Origin: Gammaproteobacteria bacterium
Lineage (GTDB): Bacteria; Pseudomonadota; Gammaproteobacteria; JAUIAT01
Length of the DNA stretch: 64,000 nt
Assembly (NCBI GenBank): GCA_030425295.1
Contig: JAUIAT010000006.1
Coordinates: forward strand, 9,487-73,486
Direction: 5' to 3'
The position numbers were made by a program, and so were the translations under genes. The notes under the pieces are model-generated. The model saw only the letters and a list, made by a program, of their open reading frames with translations, did not search any database and was not told the DNA's origin. Positions 20,304-30,432 of the stretch are shown piece after piece. Every line of letters starts with the position of its first letter. The stretch's first letter is position 1.

Positions 20304-21116
20304 ATGGCACAAAGAAAAGTCTCCGATCTTAAAAATAAAGGATTACCAACTCATGCAAAATTCATGAGTGCTACTGCAGGGCTTGGTGCAATAGTTGAAA
20401 CTTACAGTCAAAATTCGCTATCAACGCAAGAGCAAGAAAAATTTCTAGCAAAACTTACAAGGCAAATGCTTTTTCCTCAAATGAATCCTGAAGCACTAGC
20501 AATGACACTTGAAGGCCCATACGGAGAGTCAATTAAACTTGCAATCCAACTAAACGTTAAAGAACAAAACTTACAGGAAAAATGCAATGAAATTGATGCG
20601 CAAACAGAATACTACGAGGCTGAACTTAAAGAAGTAGAAAGAAAGCTGATTAGAGCAAAGTCAATAAATGAAGAAAATGAATCGCTTATAGAGTCAATAG
20701 AACAAGATATTGAGAACATATCTAAAGCCAGAAACGAATTTATCGAATCCAAAAAATTAACTTATAAAGAATTTAAAAATTTTAAAAAGCTAAGCGACAA
20801 ACGAACTCAAGCTTTTGATCTTATGAAAAAAGAATGGTTGAAATTTCATGAAAAACTTACGAATGAAGTTATAAACACACTCAAAGAAGAAGGAATAAGC
20901 TTAGATGAAGCAGGAGAAAATTTCATAAGATCCCACGAAACAATTGAAACTATTAGAAAAAGATTTATCGATCTACGCATTGGTGAAGATAAATTCAATA
21001 AAATTATAAAAAAAGATTATGATAGAAGCGGCAACCTAGATATTAGCTGGAAAACTTATGCTCTACTTAAATTAACTTTAGGTAGAGCACAGTCTACTCA
21101 TGTTGAAGGCGTTTAA
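20304..21116 (+). CDS. Hypothetical coiled-coil protein (270 aa).
   Basis: ORF with heptad-rich E/K sequence. Candidate promoter TGACGA-16-TATAAT about 40 bp upstream. Confidence 0.5.
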   Translation: MAQRKVSDLKNKGLPTHAKFMSATAGLGAIVETYSQNSLSTQEQEKFLAKLTRQMLFPQMNPEALAMTLEGPYGESIKLAIQLNVKEQNLQEKCNEIDAQTEYYEAELKEVERKLIRAKSINEENESLIESIEQDIENISKARNEFIESKKLTYKEFKNFKKLSDKRTQAFDLMKKEWLKFHEKLTNEVINTLKEEGISLDEAGENFIRSHETIETIRKRFIDLRIGEDKFNKIIKKDYDRSGNLDISWKTYALLKLTLGRAQSTHVEGV

Positions 21117-21127
21117 AGGGGGTAATT

Positions 21128-21376
21128 ATGGCCAATGAAAAAGAAATGCTAAAAAATATTGAGAATGATGCAATTGGTACCTTTCAAAAATTTAGAGAGC
21201 CAGCAGAACAGGTTAGCTTGGATATGGATAAGTGCTTCGAGTCATTATCAAAGATTCAAAAAGATCTTCTGACACAAACTGAGAATTTAAATACAATTAA
21301 ATTTAATCAACGTGACAATATCTCATTTGAAGATACGAAGACCCCAACCCAAGAACCATCCGCTCCAGCGGCTTAA
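21128..21376 (+). CDS. Hypothetical small protein (82 aa), probably co-transcribed with the 20304 gene.
   Basis: ORF 11 bp downstream of the preceding gene, preceded by GGGGG. Confidence 0.4.
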   Translation: MANEKEMLKNIENDAIGTFQKFREPAEQVSLDMDKCFESLSKIQKDLLTQTENLNTIKFNQRDNISFEDTKTPTQEPSAPAA

Positions 21377-21396
21377 CGCCAAAAAGGAGAAAAGCA

Positions 21397-23370
21397 ATGG
21401 ACCATACTTTATACCCTGACAGCCTATGGAACCCAGGCAAGAGCGAAATAGCAAACAGCAAGATGCTGCTGTTTATTAAATACCTTAATACTGAACTTAA
21501 ATTAAACTTAAATACCTACAAAGAATTACACAGATGGTCTATAGAAAACTCCGAAACCTTCTGGGACCAACTACTTAATTTTTTACATATAAAATTACAC
21601 AAAGAGTACGAACATAAAACCGAAAAAGGAAATCATATTTATGATTGTGATTGGTTTCCTGAGGCTGAACTTAATTATGCAGAACATTGCTTTAGGTTTG
21701 CTGAAGACAAAACGGCCTTAATATCAATTAAAGAAGATGGTGCTCGAGAATATTTAACATATTCTTCACTACAAACAATGGTCTATCAAATAGCTGAATC
21801 ATTTCATCAAGTAGGGATTAAATCAGGTGATACGGTAGCTGCAATCATCACAAATAGAGTTGAAGCTGTAGCCATCTTTTTGGCTTGTAGTGCAATTGGT
21901 GCAATCTGGGCACCATGCCTTCCAGAATATAAAGATAAATCAATAATAAACAGATTAAAACAAACAGAACCTAAAATATTAATTACAGTAGATGGATATC
22001 AATCCAATGGCGAAAAAAATGATATTTTAGCGAAAGTTCAAAGCGTACAAGAACAAGTTAAATCCATTGAAAACACCTACGTACTACCAAATATCTCAGA
22101 AAATCCTGACCTAACCCAACTAGAAAATACCTTTTTATTTTCTATGCTCTATCAAGCAAAACCCAAAACGAACCTTTTTACCCCCAAACCTTTCAACCAT
22201 CCACTTTCAATTCTTTTTTCATCAGGGATTGATGGTGAACCTAAATGCATTGTGCATGGAGCTGGCGGCACTTTATTGCAACACTTGAAGGAAATAAGTC
22301 TACATAATAATATCTCTCAGGAAGATATTGTATTGATGATGGCAAAACCCGGATTAGTTTCTTGGCAGTGGATGGTTAGCATTCTAGCAACGGGAGCCAG
22401 TCTGGTGCTTTACGATGGTGATCCAAATTACCCCGACCTAAAAAGAGCTCTCCATATTATCGAAGAAGAGAAAGTGACAGTATTTGGCGCCCTACCACAA
22501 TATTTTAATAACCTTGAAAAACACCTATATGCACCAAATGATGATAAAAGCATTCATGATTTATCAAGCTTAAAGCTTATTTTAAGCTATGGCTCTGAGT
22601 TGATGCACGGTAACTACGAATATATTTATGAAGATTTTAAGAAAGAAATAAGAGTTTCTAGCATGCTACTTTGCACGGATATCAACTCTTGTTTTGCTCT
22701 TGGCAACCCAATTTTACCTGTGCATTCGGGTGAAATTCAATGCTTACCCCTAGGCATGGATGTTGCTGTCTATAATGAACATGGCAAACCAGTGATTAAT
22801 GAGAAAGGTGAATTGGTTTGTCGTAACTCCTTTCCTGGCATGCCAATTTATTTCTGGGATGACTTTGACAAAACAAAATATCATCAGTATTACTTTAATA
22901 AATACCCTGATATATGGAATCAAGGTGATTATGTAATTATTACGAAACACAGTGGATTAAAATTATTCAGTCATAGCAAAACAGTTATTCCGACTAAATT
23001 TGGTAAAATTGGTTCTAATGAAATAGTTAGTTGCGTGCAAAAACTTGACGATGTCTTTGAAAGTGTTGCTTGCGGCTATAAAGACGGCGATGTTTTTGAA
23101 AAAATTGTTCTACTCATAACACTCAAAGGCAGTAGAGAGTTAACAGAAGACGTTAAAGCTAAAATAAATAGTTATATTTCTATTAGCACATCAGAGCACC
23201 ACAAACCCTGGGCCATTGTAGCTGTAGACCAATTACCAAAAACCTTTGATGGTAAGATTGCTGAATTCGCAATAAAACAAGCGATTAATGGCGAAGAAAT
23301 TGAAGCCATTGATTTGATTGCAAACCCTGAAAGCCTAGAGAAACTAATATCCATAAAACTTGAAAAATGA
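21397..23370 (+). CDS. Acetoacetyl-CoA synthetase family (ANL adenylate-forming) protein with divergent catalytic motifs.
   Basis: N-terminal LWNP...WSIENSETFWDQ and FSSGIDGEPKCIVHGAGGTLLQHLKE align to AACS ([26 protein letters not shown]). P-loop TT is ID, and the hinge GRSDG is SHSKT. Confidence 0.7.
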   Translation: MDHTLYPDSLWNPGKSEIANSKMLLFIKYLNTELKLNLNTYKELHRWSIENSETFWDQLLNFLHIKLHKEYEHKTEKGNHIYDCDWFPEAELNYAEHCFRFAEDKTALISIKEDGAREYLTYSSLQTMVYQIAESFHQVGIKSGDTVAAIITNRVEAVAIFLACSAIGAIWAPCLPEYKDKSIINRLKQTEPKILITVDGYQSNGEKNDILAKVQSVQEQVKSIENTYVLPNISENPDLTQLENTFLFSMLYQAKPKTNLFTPKPFNHPLSILFSSGIDGEPKCIVHGAGGTLLQHLKEISLHNNISQEDIVLMMAKPGLVSWQWMVSILATGASLVLYDGDPNYPDLKRALHIIEEEKVTVFGALPQYFNNLEKHLYAPNDDKSIHDLSSLKLILSYGSELMHGNYEYIYEDFKKEIRVSSMLLCTDINSCFALGNPILPVHSGEIQCLPLGMDVAVYNEHGKPVINEKGELVCRNSFPGMPIYFWDDFDKTKYHQYYFNKYPDIWNQGDYVIITKHSGLKLFSHSKTVIPTKFGKIGSNEIVSCVQKLDDVFESVACGYKDGDVFEKIVLLITLKGSRELTEDVKAKINSYISISTSEHHKPWAIVAVDQLPKTFDGKIAEFAIKQAINGEEIEAIDLIANPESLEKLISIKLEK

Positions 23371-23395
23371 ATCCCGTGGGCAAGCCACGAGATAA
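23361..23395. repeat. Solo degenerate hairpin of palindromic family A (TGAAAAATGAATCCCGTGGGCAAGCCACGAGAT) between the convergent AACS-like and accA genes. Probably acts as a terminator.
   Basis: 30 of 33 nt are identical to 63821-63853, including the flanking TGAAAAATG. Confidence 0.55.
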
Positions 23396-23403
23396 AACGT
23401 GAC

Positions 23404-24363
23404 TTAACTATTTTGATTTTGTCCATACTGACGAAGTCGCTGATACCTTGCTTCCAAAAGTTGTTCCATCGGCTCATTCTTTAAGACATTTAATGTGTCT
23501 ACCAACACTTCTTTTACGCGACGAGCTATTTCATCGTGATCACGATGTGCTCCACCTAGAGGTTCATCGATAATTTTATCATTCAAGCCTAATTCACGGA
23601 GATCTGTAGCTGTAACGCGCATAGCCTCGGCAGCCTCTTTGGTTTTATCCTGACTACGCCAAAGAATTGATGCACATCCTTCAGGAGAAATAGTTGAGTA
23701 AATACTATGCTCCAGCATAAACAATCGGTCACCAACCGCCAGGGCTAGTGCGCCGCCTGACCCACCTTCACCAATAACAGTACAAATAATTGGTGTGCGC
23801 ATATTTGACATTTCGAAAAGATTACGAGCAATTGCTTCACTCTGATTGTGCTTTTCAGCGCCAATACCAGGATATGCCCCCGGAGTATCAATAAAAGTAA
23901 TAATCGGCATACCGAATTTCTCTGCCATTTTCATAATGCGCAAGGCCTTACGATACTCTTCAGGACGAGGCATGCCAAAATTACGATACAGCTTTTCTTT
24001 AGTTTTACGACCCTTTTGATGCCCTAAAACCATAACAGGAATTCCATCAAGCCTTGCCATGCCTGCAACAATAGCAGGACCTTCAGATACACTACGATCA
24101 CCTTTTAGCTCAACAAAATCAGTAAAAATACGATCAATATAATCTTGCGTGTAAGGACGCTTAGGGTGACGTGCAAGCTGCACAACCTGAGAGGCATTTA
24201 GGTTGCTAAATATTGCAACTGTCAACTCAATAATCTTCTTCTCAAGACGAGTAATCTCTTCACTAATATTAATTTCAGAATCTGTACCCATACGGCGTAA
24301 TTCTTCAATTTTCTGCTGTAACTCAGCTATTGGTCTTTCAAAGTCTAAATAATCAAACGACAT
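23404..24363 (-). CDS. accA: Acetyl-CoA carboxylase carboxyltransferase alpha subunit.
   Basis: [22 protein letters not shown] matches the AccA N-terminus. Start placed at the ATG at 24363 (MSFDYLDF) with GAGG upstream. Confidence 0.95.
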   Translation of the reverse strand: MSFDYLDFERPIAELQQKIEELRRMGTDSEINISEEITRLEKKIIELTVAIFSNLNASQVVQLARHPKRPYTQDYIDRIFTDFVELKGDRSVSEGPAIVAGMARLDGIPVMVLGHQKGRKTKEKLYRNFGMPRPEEYRKALRIMKMAEKFGMPIITFIDTPGAYPGIGAEKHNQSEAIARNLFEMSNMRTPIICTVIGEGGSGGALALAVGDRLFMLEHSIYSTISPEGCASILWRSQDKTKEAAEAMRVTATDLRELGLNDKIIDEPLGGAHRDHDEIARRVKEVLVDTLNVLKNEPMEQLLEARYQRLRQYGQNQNS

Positions 24364-24430
24364 AACAATCTGCCTCACAGTTTTTGGGGCGTACTCTAGA
24401 ATCTATCTTCCAGGGTTCGCCCTCTAAATC

Positions 24431-25423
24431 CTAATCAATCAAACCAAGCTCTTTAACGATTTCGCGCTCTTGAATCAACTCTGCTTCAGTGGCTTTAATT
24501 TTATCTAAACTAAATTCATTATTAGTTAAACTCTCAACCACGTGCAACTGACCCTCTTTTGTACAGCATGGGTAAGAAAAAATCAAGCCCCTTTCAATTC
24601 CATACTCACCCTCAGAGTACATGCCAACAGAGAATCTTTCGCCTTCTGGCGTGTCATGAACAAGATTATAAACAGATGAAATCGCAGCATTAGCAGCTGA
24701 TGCTGCAGATGAAGCGCCTCTAGCCTTAATAACTGCAGCACCACGTTGCTGAACAGTACTTAAAAAATCAGTTTTCAACCAACTTTCATCGGTTATAACA
24801 TCGGTAACTGGGCGGCCGTCGATTGTCGCATGATAAAAATCAGGATACTGGGTTGAAGAGTGATTACCCCAAATATTCATACACTTAACATCAGCAACCT
24901 GAACTCCTGCTTTAAGTGCAAGCTGTGCGCGCGCACGCTTTTCATCAAGCATGGTCATAGCAAAAAAACGATCAGCTGGAATATCCGGTGCGTTTCTCTG
25001 AGCAATTAGAGCATTAGTATTACAAGGATTACCTACAACAAATACGCGCACATCGTCCGCCGCATTGTCATTAATTGCTTTACCTTGAGCTGTAAAGATC
25101 TTACCGTTCATACTAAGAAGATCAGAGCGCTCCATACCTGCTTTACGAGGCGCAGAACCAACTAGGATACACCAGTTTGCATCTTTAAAGCCCTCGTTTA
25201 TATCAGAAGTAATCGTAATATTTCTTAATAGAGGAAATGCGCAATCCTGAAGCTCCATCACAACACCCTCAAGAGCTGGAAGAGCTGGTTCAATTTCAAT
25301 AAGACTAAGATCAACTTCGGTATCTTTACCTAGCATTTCACCTGCTGCAATTCTAAAAAGCATTGCATAACCAATCTGACCAGCTGCACCAGTTACCGCA
25401 ACCTTAACTCTATTTTTTGCCAT
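24431..25423 (-). CDS. mdh: Malate dehydrogenase (LDH-like, NAD-dependent).
   Basis: [12 protein letters not shown] Rossmann motif, 330 aa, MDH family signature. Confidence 0.9.
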   Translation of the reverse strand: MAKNRVKVAVTGAAGQIGYAMLFRIAAGEMLGKDTEVDLSLIEIEPALPALEGVVMELQDCAFPLLRNITITSDINEGFKDANWCILVGSAPRKAGMERSDLLSMNGKIFTAQGKAINDNAADDVRVFVVGNPCNTNALIAQRNAPDIPADRFFAMTMLDEKRARAQLALKAGVQVADVKCMNIWGNHSSTQYPDFYHATIDGRPVTDVITDESWLKTDFLSTVQQRGAAVIKARGASSAASAANAAISSVYNLVHDTPEGERFSVGMYSEGEYGIERGLIFSYPCCTKEGQLHVVESLTNNEFSLDKIKATEAELIQEREIVKELGLID

Positions 25424-25474
25424 TTTTCGCTCCTAAATTTAAAACCCATCCCACAAGCTTAATTTTATTTCCTA

Positions 25475-26281
25475 CTAGGGTGAGTTTTTAAGTACAAAGT
25501 CTAATAAATTTTTGTCATTTACTGCCCAAAAAATGTGGGTCTTTAAATCCGGCTTCATATTGTAACGAAACTTTTCACCAAACGCATCCGTTAATAAGCC
25601 GCCGGCCTCTTCTAATATGCATTGACCAGCTGCTATATCCCATTCCGAAGTTAAACCGAACCCTGGGTAAATATCTCCTTCGCCTGCAGCCAGCGCACAA
25701 AATTTTAATGCACTTCCCATTGGGTTGAATGTTACATTTATTGGCAAATGATCAACAGCCTTATTGCTTATTTTGTGATGTTTACTGCACAACACCTCTG
25801 TATTATTTTGCTCCCAACCTCGCACCTTGAGTAACTTCACACCATTCTTATTCTCACAGAAAGCACCTAGCCCACTGGCAGCGTAGTAAGTAGTCTTTGA
25901 CACAGGATGATGAATAACCCCCAGGACAGACTCATTACCTCTAATAAGGGCAATACAAACAACAAATTGACCATTTCTTGCAATAAACTCACGAGTCCCA
26001 TCTAAAGGATCAACCAGCCAATACTGCCTCCAGTGCTTACGATCCTCATAAGTCGAACCGATATCCTCCTCCGATAAAATAGGGATGCCAGGCGTCAATT
26101 TAATCAACTTATCTCTAATGTAGTCATGTGAAGCGAGATCAGCTTCAGTCACAGGTGTGTGATCCGACTTAGTATGGCAAGCAACAGCTTTTGGGGAGCT
26201 GTAAAAGCTAAGAATAACCTCTCCAGACCCCTTGGCAGTAGAGATCGCTGTAGTAAGCAGTTTATTGAGATCCTGATTCAT
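25475..26281 (-). CDS. cysQ: 3'(2'),5'-bisphosphate nucleotidase of the inositol monophosphatase family.
   Basis: WLVDPLDGTREF and EWDIAAGQ motifs. Confidence 0.75.
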   Translation of the reverse strand: MNQDLNKLLTTAISTAKGSGEVILSFYSSPKAVACHTKSDHTPVTEADLASHDYIRDKLIKLTPGIPILSEEDIGSTYEDRKHWRQYWLVDPLDGTREFIARNGQFVVCIALIRGNESVLGVIHHPVSKTTYYAASGLGAFCENKNGVKLLKVRGWEQNNTEVLCSKHHKISNKAVDHLPINVTFNPMGSALKFCALAAGEGDIYPGFGLTSEWDIAAGQCILEEAGGLLTDAFGEKFRYNMKPDLKTHIFWAVNDKNLLDFVLKNSP

Positions 26282-26837
26282 TCCTCAACCACTCCTGCAC
26301 CATCAACAGTGCGGTAATGCTTTGGGTCTCAACAAAATCTTCCCTCAGAATTAATTCCGGAATTTTATTAACAGGCCACTTAATAAGCTCAAGGGGCTCA
26401 GGCTCATCACCTTTTAACTTTGAAGAATACAAACCACGAGCAATTACAATTTTCGCAAAAGATGAGCTATAACCAGGAGATGCCCTTAAAGTCTTATCCA
26501 TGACAATAAGTTCATTTGCAGCAAACCCAACCTCCTCTTGCAGCTCACGATTTGCAGCAGCTGCAACATCCTCACCTGGGTCAGTCAAACCTTTTGGCAA
26601 TGAGATATAGTAATCCTCAATCCCAGCGCCATATTCTCGCACCAAAAGAATAGTATCTTTATCAAAAAATGCTACGACCGACACAACCTGCTTACCGCTA
26701 GGCGTGAATCTCTCAAAAATTCTTTCTTCACCGTTTGAAAACTGCAGATGAAGTTCCTCAACACTGAAGAAGCGACTACGACAAACCTCTGATTTTTCTT
26801 TAATTAATGGCTTTTGTTGTTCAACTAAATCTGGCAC
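26262..26837 (-). CDS. nudE: ADP compounds hydrolase NudE (NUDIX).
   Basis: Nudix box GLTDPGEDVAAAANRELQEEVGF. The whole sequence is collinear with E. coli NudE (CRSRFFSVEELHLQFSNGEERIFER vs ARSRLFTVESVDLEFSNGVRRVYER). Confidence 0.85.
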   Translation of the reverse strand: MPDLVEQQKPLIKEKSEVCRSRFFSVEELHLQFSNGEERIFERFTPSGKQVVSVVAFFDKDTILLVREYGAGIEDYYISLPKGLTDPGEDVAAAANRELQEEVGFAANELIVMDKTLRASPGYSSSFAKIVIARGLYSSKLKGDEPEPLELIKWPVNKIPELILREDFVETQSITALLMVQEWLRNESGSQ

Positions 26838-26900
26838 TTTGGATTCTCTCTGGTATAATTTGCATTAATTTTAGCAGAGTTAGTGCCATAAAACATATAA

Positions 26901-28052
26901 ATGACGCCAAAAAATCAAAACAATGAGATTCCTCTATCTCTATACATCCACACTCCATGGTGCGAACACAAATGTCCGTACTGTGATTTTAATTCTCATG
27001 CAATCAAAAAAAGTATTCCTGAAGAAACCTATATAAATTGCTTAATTGAAGATTTAAAACTAAGCCAACACCTTGCTCAAGGGAGAAAGATTAAATCTAT
27101 TTTTATTGGCGGCGGCACACCAAGCATGTTTTCAGCAGAAAGCATTTATAAGATACTAAACTCAACAAATAAGTTTATTCAATTCGAGACAAATATTGAA
27201 ATTACCATGGAAGCCAACCCTGGCTCTAGCGAGCAGATCAAATTTAAAGGATTCAGAGATGCTGGAGTTAACAGACTGTCAATTGGCGTTCAAAGTTTTA
27301 ATGATACCCAACTTAAAAAGCTACAAAGGGTGCACTCAAGCTCTCAAGCATTAAAATCTATAGACATGGCTATCGACTCTGGATTTGATAACTTTAATAT
27401 CGATTTAATGTTTGCTTTACCAGATCAAACCCTTGATCAATCAATTAGCGACTTACAAACCGCTATTAAATGCAATCCAAATCATATTTCTTGGTATCAA
27501 CTAACATTAGAGCCAAATACAGTATTCCATAAATTCCCCCCTAAACTTCCTAATGAAGAAATAACATGGAAAATACAAGAATCAGGGCACCAGTTATTAA
27601 AAGAAAATGGCTATGAGCAATACGAGATTTCAGCATTTTCTAAGCCTGGAAAGCAGTCAGCTCACAATTTGAATTATTGGCTTTTTGGCGACTACATTGG
27701 TATAGGAGCTGGCGCACACGGCAAAATCTCGTTCCAAAACAATGAAGCTACCAGACACAACAAAAAACTAATTCCCGAAAGCTACATGAACCCTAATTCA
27801 CCATTTACAGCAAAAGAAACTAAACTTAGTGATAAAGATAAAATTTTTGAATTTATGCTTAACGTGTTACGTTTACATAAAAAAATACCGAAATCACTAT
27901 TTGAAACAAGGACTGGTCTTGCTTGGGATAGTATTTCAGATAAAATTGATGTAGCTATCGCAAAAGAATTAATTAAAGAAGATAAAAGTCATTTCTGGAC
28001 AACTCAACAAGGTAAGAGATTTTTAAACGACCTTCAGGGGCTGTTTTTATAA
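26901..28052 (+). CDS. hemW: Radical-SAM heme chaperone HemW (HemN-like, oxygen-independent coproporphyrinogen-III-oxidase-like).
   Basis: CEHKCPYCDF CxxxCxxC motif, 383 aa. Confidence 0.85.
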   Translation: MTPKNQNNEIPLSLYIHTPWCEHKCPYCDFNSHAIKKSIPEETYINCLIEDLKLSQHLAQGRKIKSIFIGGGTPSMFSAESIYKILNSTNKFIQFETNIEITMEANPGSSEQIKFKGFRDAGVNRLSIGVQSFNDTQLKKLQRVHSSSQALKSIDMAIDSGFDNFNIDLMFALPDQTLDQSISDLQTAIKCNPNHISWYQLTLEPNTVFHKFPPKLPNEEITWKIQESGHQLLKENGYEQYEISAFSKPGKQSAHNLNYWLFGDYIGIGAGAHGKISFQNNEATRHNKKLIPESYMNPNSPFTAKETKLSDKDKIFEFMLNVLRLHKKIPKSLFETRTGLAWDSISDKIDVAIAKELIKEDKSHFWTTQQGKRFLNDLQGLFL

Positions 28053-28076
28053 AGCTATTTTTGGCCACGACCGCAT

Positions 28077-28757
28077 CTACTTAAAAACTTCGAACCTCAA
28101 ATCAAAAACCTCATGCCCCAAACTGTGCCCTCTTTTTTCAAATTTAGTAAGAGGTCGATCTGGGTTTCTCTCAGAATATTTGCCCTTACCAAATTTATTT
28201 TCAAAACCAGACTGCTTTTCCATAAGCATCAGGGCCTGCTCGGCATAATCTTTCCAATCAGTAGCAAATTGAAGTTCTCCACCTGACTTTAATGCCCTGT
28301 ACACCATATTAATTACTTCAGGACGAAGCAAACGACGTTTTTTATGACGATTTTTTGGCCATGGATCAGGAAAGAATACTTGTACTATATTAATAGAATT
28401 TTCAGTGACACACTCATTTAAAACCTTATATGCATCACCCCAGAATACCCTAACATTCTCAATACATTGCTCCTCGAGATCAGCAAGAAGACTTCCTACA
28501 CCAGGCTCATAAACCTCCACACCAATGAAGTTTTTTTCAGGATATTTTTTAGCTTGGTGCATTAATGCATGCCCCATACCAAAACCAATTTCCATAATTA
28601 CGGGATTATTATTTTCAAAAGCTAGCGAATGGTCTAATTTTTCATCAATTGATAAACCATATATTGAAAATAAACTATCAATTCCGTATTGCTGTCTATT
28701 GGTTAGCCTCCCCCTATTGCGAACAAAACTTCGAATGTGCTGCTGTGCTTCCATCAT
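28077..28757 (-). CDS. trmB: tRNA (guanine46-N7)-methyltransferase.
   Basis: VFFPDPWPKNRHKKRRL motif and SAM-binding region IGFGMG. Confidence 0.9.
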   Translation of the reverse strand: MMEAQQHIRSFVRNRGRLTNRQQYGIDSLFSIYGLSIDEKLDHSLAFENNNPVIMEIGFGMGHALMHQAKKYPEKNFIGVEVYEPGVGSLLADLEEQCIENVRVFWGDAYKVLNECVTENSINIVQVFFPDPWPKNRHKKRRLLRPEVINMVYRALKSGGELQFATDWKDYAEQALMLMEKQSGFENKFGKGKYSERNPDRPLTKFEKRGHSLGHEVFDLRFEVFK

Positions 28758-28835
28758 ACCAAACCTGTTAACTAAAAATATAAGACATGAATTTTGAGCT
28801 ATAATTCAATTACATGGTCATTTTAAGGACAAACA

Positions 28836-30071
28836 GTGAGATTTGCAATTAAATTAGCCTCCTATTTCCTCGGTATATTAATCTTTGGACTATTTTTGGG
28901 AGTGCTTGCACTTAATTATCTAATAGATCCGAATGATTTTCGTGATGACCTGGAAGACTATATAGAAGAAGCTACTGGCCAAGAAGTCGAAATTTCAGGC
29001 AGCATCGGCTGGAGTTTCTTCCCAACCCTTGGTTTGAATTTAAAAGACGTATCATTTCAAGACCCTAAACACCAAGACTCCATACCAATTGCAAAATTTG
29101 ATAAAATTAAAGTTGGAGTTAAAACTAAAGATTTAATAATAGATGGAGAGATAGAAATACCGTCGTTCCAAGCAACTCAAGGCATAATAACATTGGTCAC
29201 AGACCAACAAAACGAAACTAATTGGGAGAATTTTCTCTCTAACCTTGTTAAAGATACAGCAGAAAACGAGCCGGAAGACTCCCCAAATGCCATTGAGCAA
29301 ATTAGAGATCTTCAGCCTCTTGTTGAAAAATTTACAGTAACCAATTCAAAGCTGTTAATTATTAACAAGCTCACTAACAAGAAGATAAGTTTTGATGATG
29401 TTTATATTTATGCATCAAAATTTCATTACAACCAACCATTTCACTTTAAAATGAGCGGTAAATCAGTTATCCCCGGCTTCCCTAGCGCTAAGTGGATGAT
29501 TACCAGCAAAATCAAACCTAATTTTGAACGCCATTCGGCAACTTTTACAGAGTTAAATACAAAAATCTCTCTTCCAGAAGGCGCCGCTAATCTATTAATC
29601 CAAGGGATAGTGAAAGCAGATGATTTCCTTAAAGAAACCCCAGAATATACCGGAAAACTAACCCTTAAGACTCTTAAGAAAAGAGGCGCATTACTTGGCT
29701 ATACTCAAATTGATAACATACTTAATATCTTTTATGACACCGAAATTTCAGGTAACTTCAAAACATCTGACAACAAAATTTACATTCAAAATATGAGCGG
29801 ACATATACATAACGCAAAAATCATAGGAAACGTTATAATTAAAAACCTATTTGGAGAACATCCTGACATTAACTTTAATTTGCATTTTAAAAACATAAAC
29901 TTAAATGATTATAAAAAGATCCACCACTATACAGAAAAATTCACAACAAAAACCGCTCAAAACAAGAGCAAAAAACAACCTTCTTTTATAGATAAAGCCC
30001 ATATACATGGGAAAATTTTAATTGAGAAAATTATTGATCCCACTATCTCAAAAAATACAACTAATGGTTAA
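28836..30071 (+). CDS. AsmA-family protein (short, 411 aa).
   Basis: N-terminal TM anchor plus the AsmA-like N-terminal region ([48 protein letters not shown]). Confidence 0.5.
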   Translation: MRFAIKLASYFLGILIFGLFLGVLALNYLIDPNDFRDDLEDYIEEATGQEVEISGSIGWSFFPTLGLNLKDVSFQDPKHQDSIPIAKFDKIKVGVKTKDLIIDGEIEIPSFQATQGIITLVTDQQNETNWENFLSNLVKDTAENEPEDSPNAIEQIRDLQPLVEKFTVTNSKLLIINKLTNKKISFDDVYIYASKFHYNQPFHFKMSGKSVIPGFPSAKWMITSKIKPNFERHSATFTELNTKISLPEGAANLLIQGIVKADDFLKETPEYTGKLTLKTLKKRGALLGYTQIDNILNIFYDTEISGNFKTSDNKIYIQNMSGHIHNAKIIGNVIIKNLFGEHPDINFNLHFKNINLNDYKKIHHYTEKFTTKTAQNKSKKQPSFIDKAHIHGKILIEKIIDPTISKNTTNG

Positions 30072-30147
30072 GCAAATTGACGAAACATCGCATTTTTGGC
30101 ATGATCTAGACCTACAAATAACTCACAAAGAGAGTAAAAAATTGAGA

Positions 30148-30408
30148 ATGATAACTTGTGCTAAACTTAAAAAAGATGCACCAGGTCTTAGTTTTGTTCC
30201 TTACCCCGGAGAACTAGGTCAGCGTATTTATAATGAAATCTCTCAAGAAGCTTGGGATATGTGGCTGGGCCACCAAACTATGCTAATTAATGAATACAGA
30301 TTAAACATGGTTGATGCAAAAGCGCAGAAATTTTTAAAAGAAGAGATGGAAAAATTCCTTTTTGGCAAAGGAAGTGAAAAACCAGCTGGCTTTAAACCTG
30401 AAGAATAA
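30148..30408 (+). CDS. yggX: Fe(2+)-trafficking protein YggX.
   Basis: [37 protein letters not shown] matches YggX. Start moved to the ATG at 30148, because the track ORF 30022-30408 has a long non-homologous N-terminal extension. Confidence 0.8.
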   Translation: MITCAKLKKDAPGLSFVPYPGELGQRIYNEISQEAWDMWLGHQTMLINEYRLNMVDAKAQKFLKEEMEKFLFGKGSEKPAGFKPEE

Positions 30409-30432
30409 AAACTTACTCAAAGGAAGGTTAAG

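Noticed and set aside
28525-28797. 90-aa plus-strand ORF overlapping the trmB 5' end.
   Set aside because: Antisense to a well-supported trmB gene. No independent signals.
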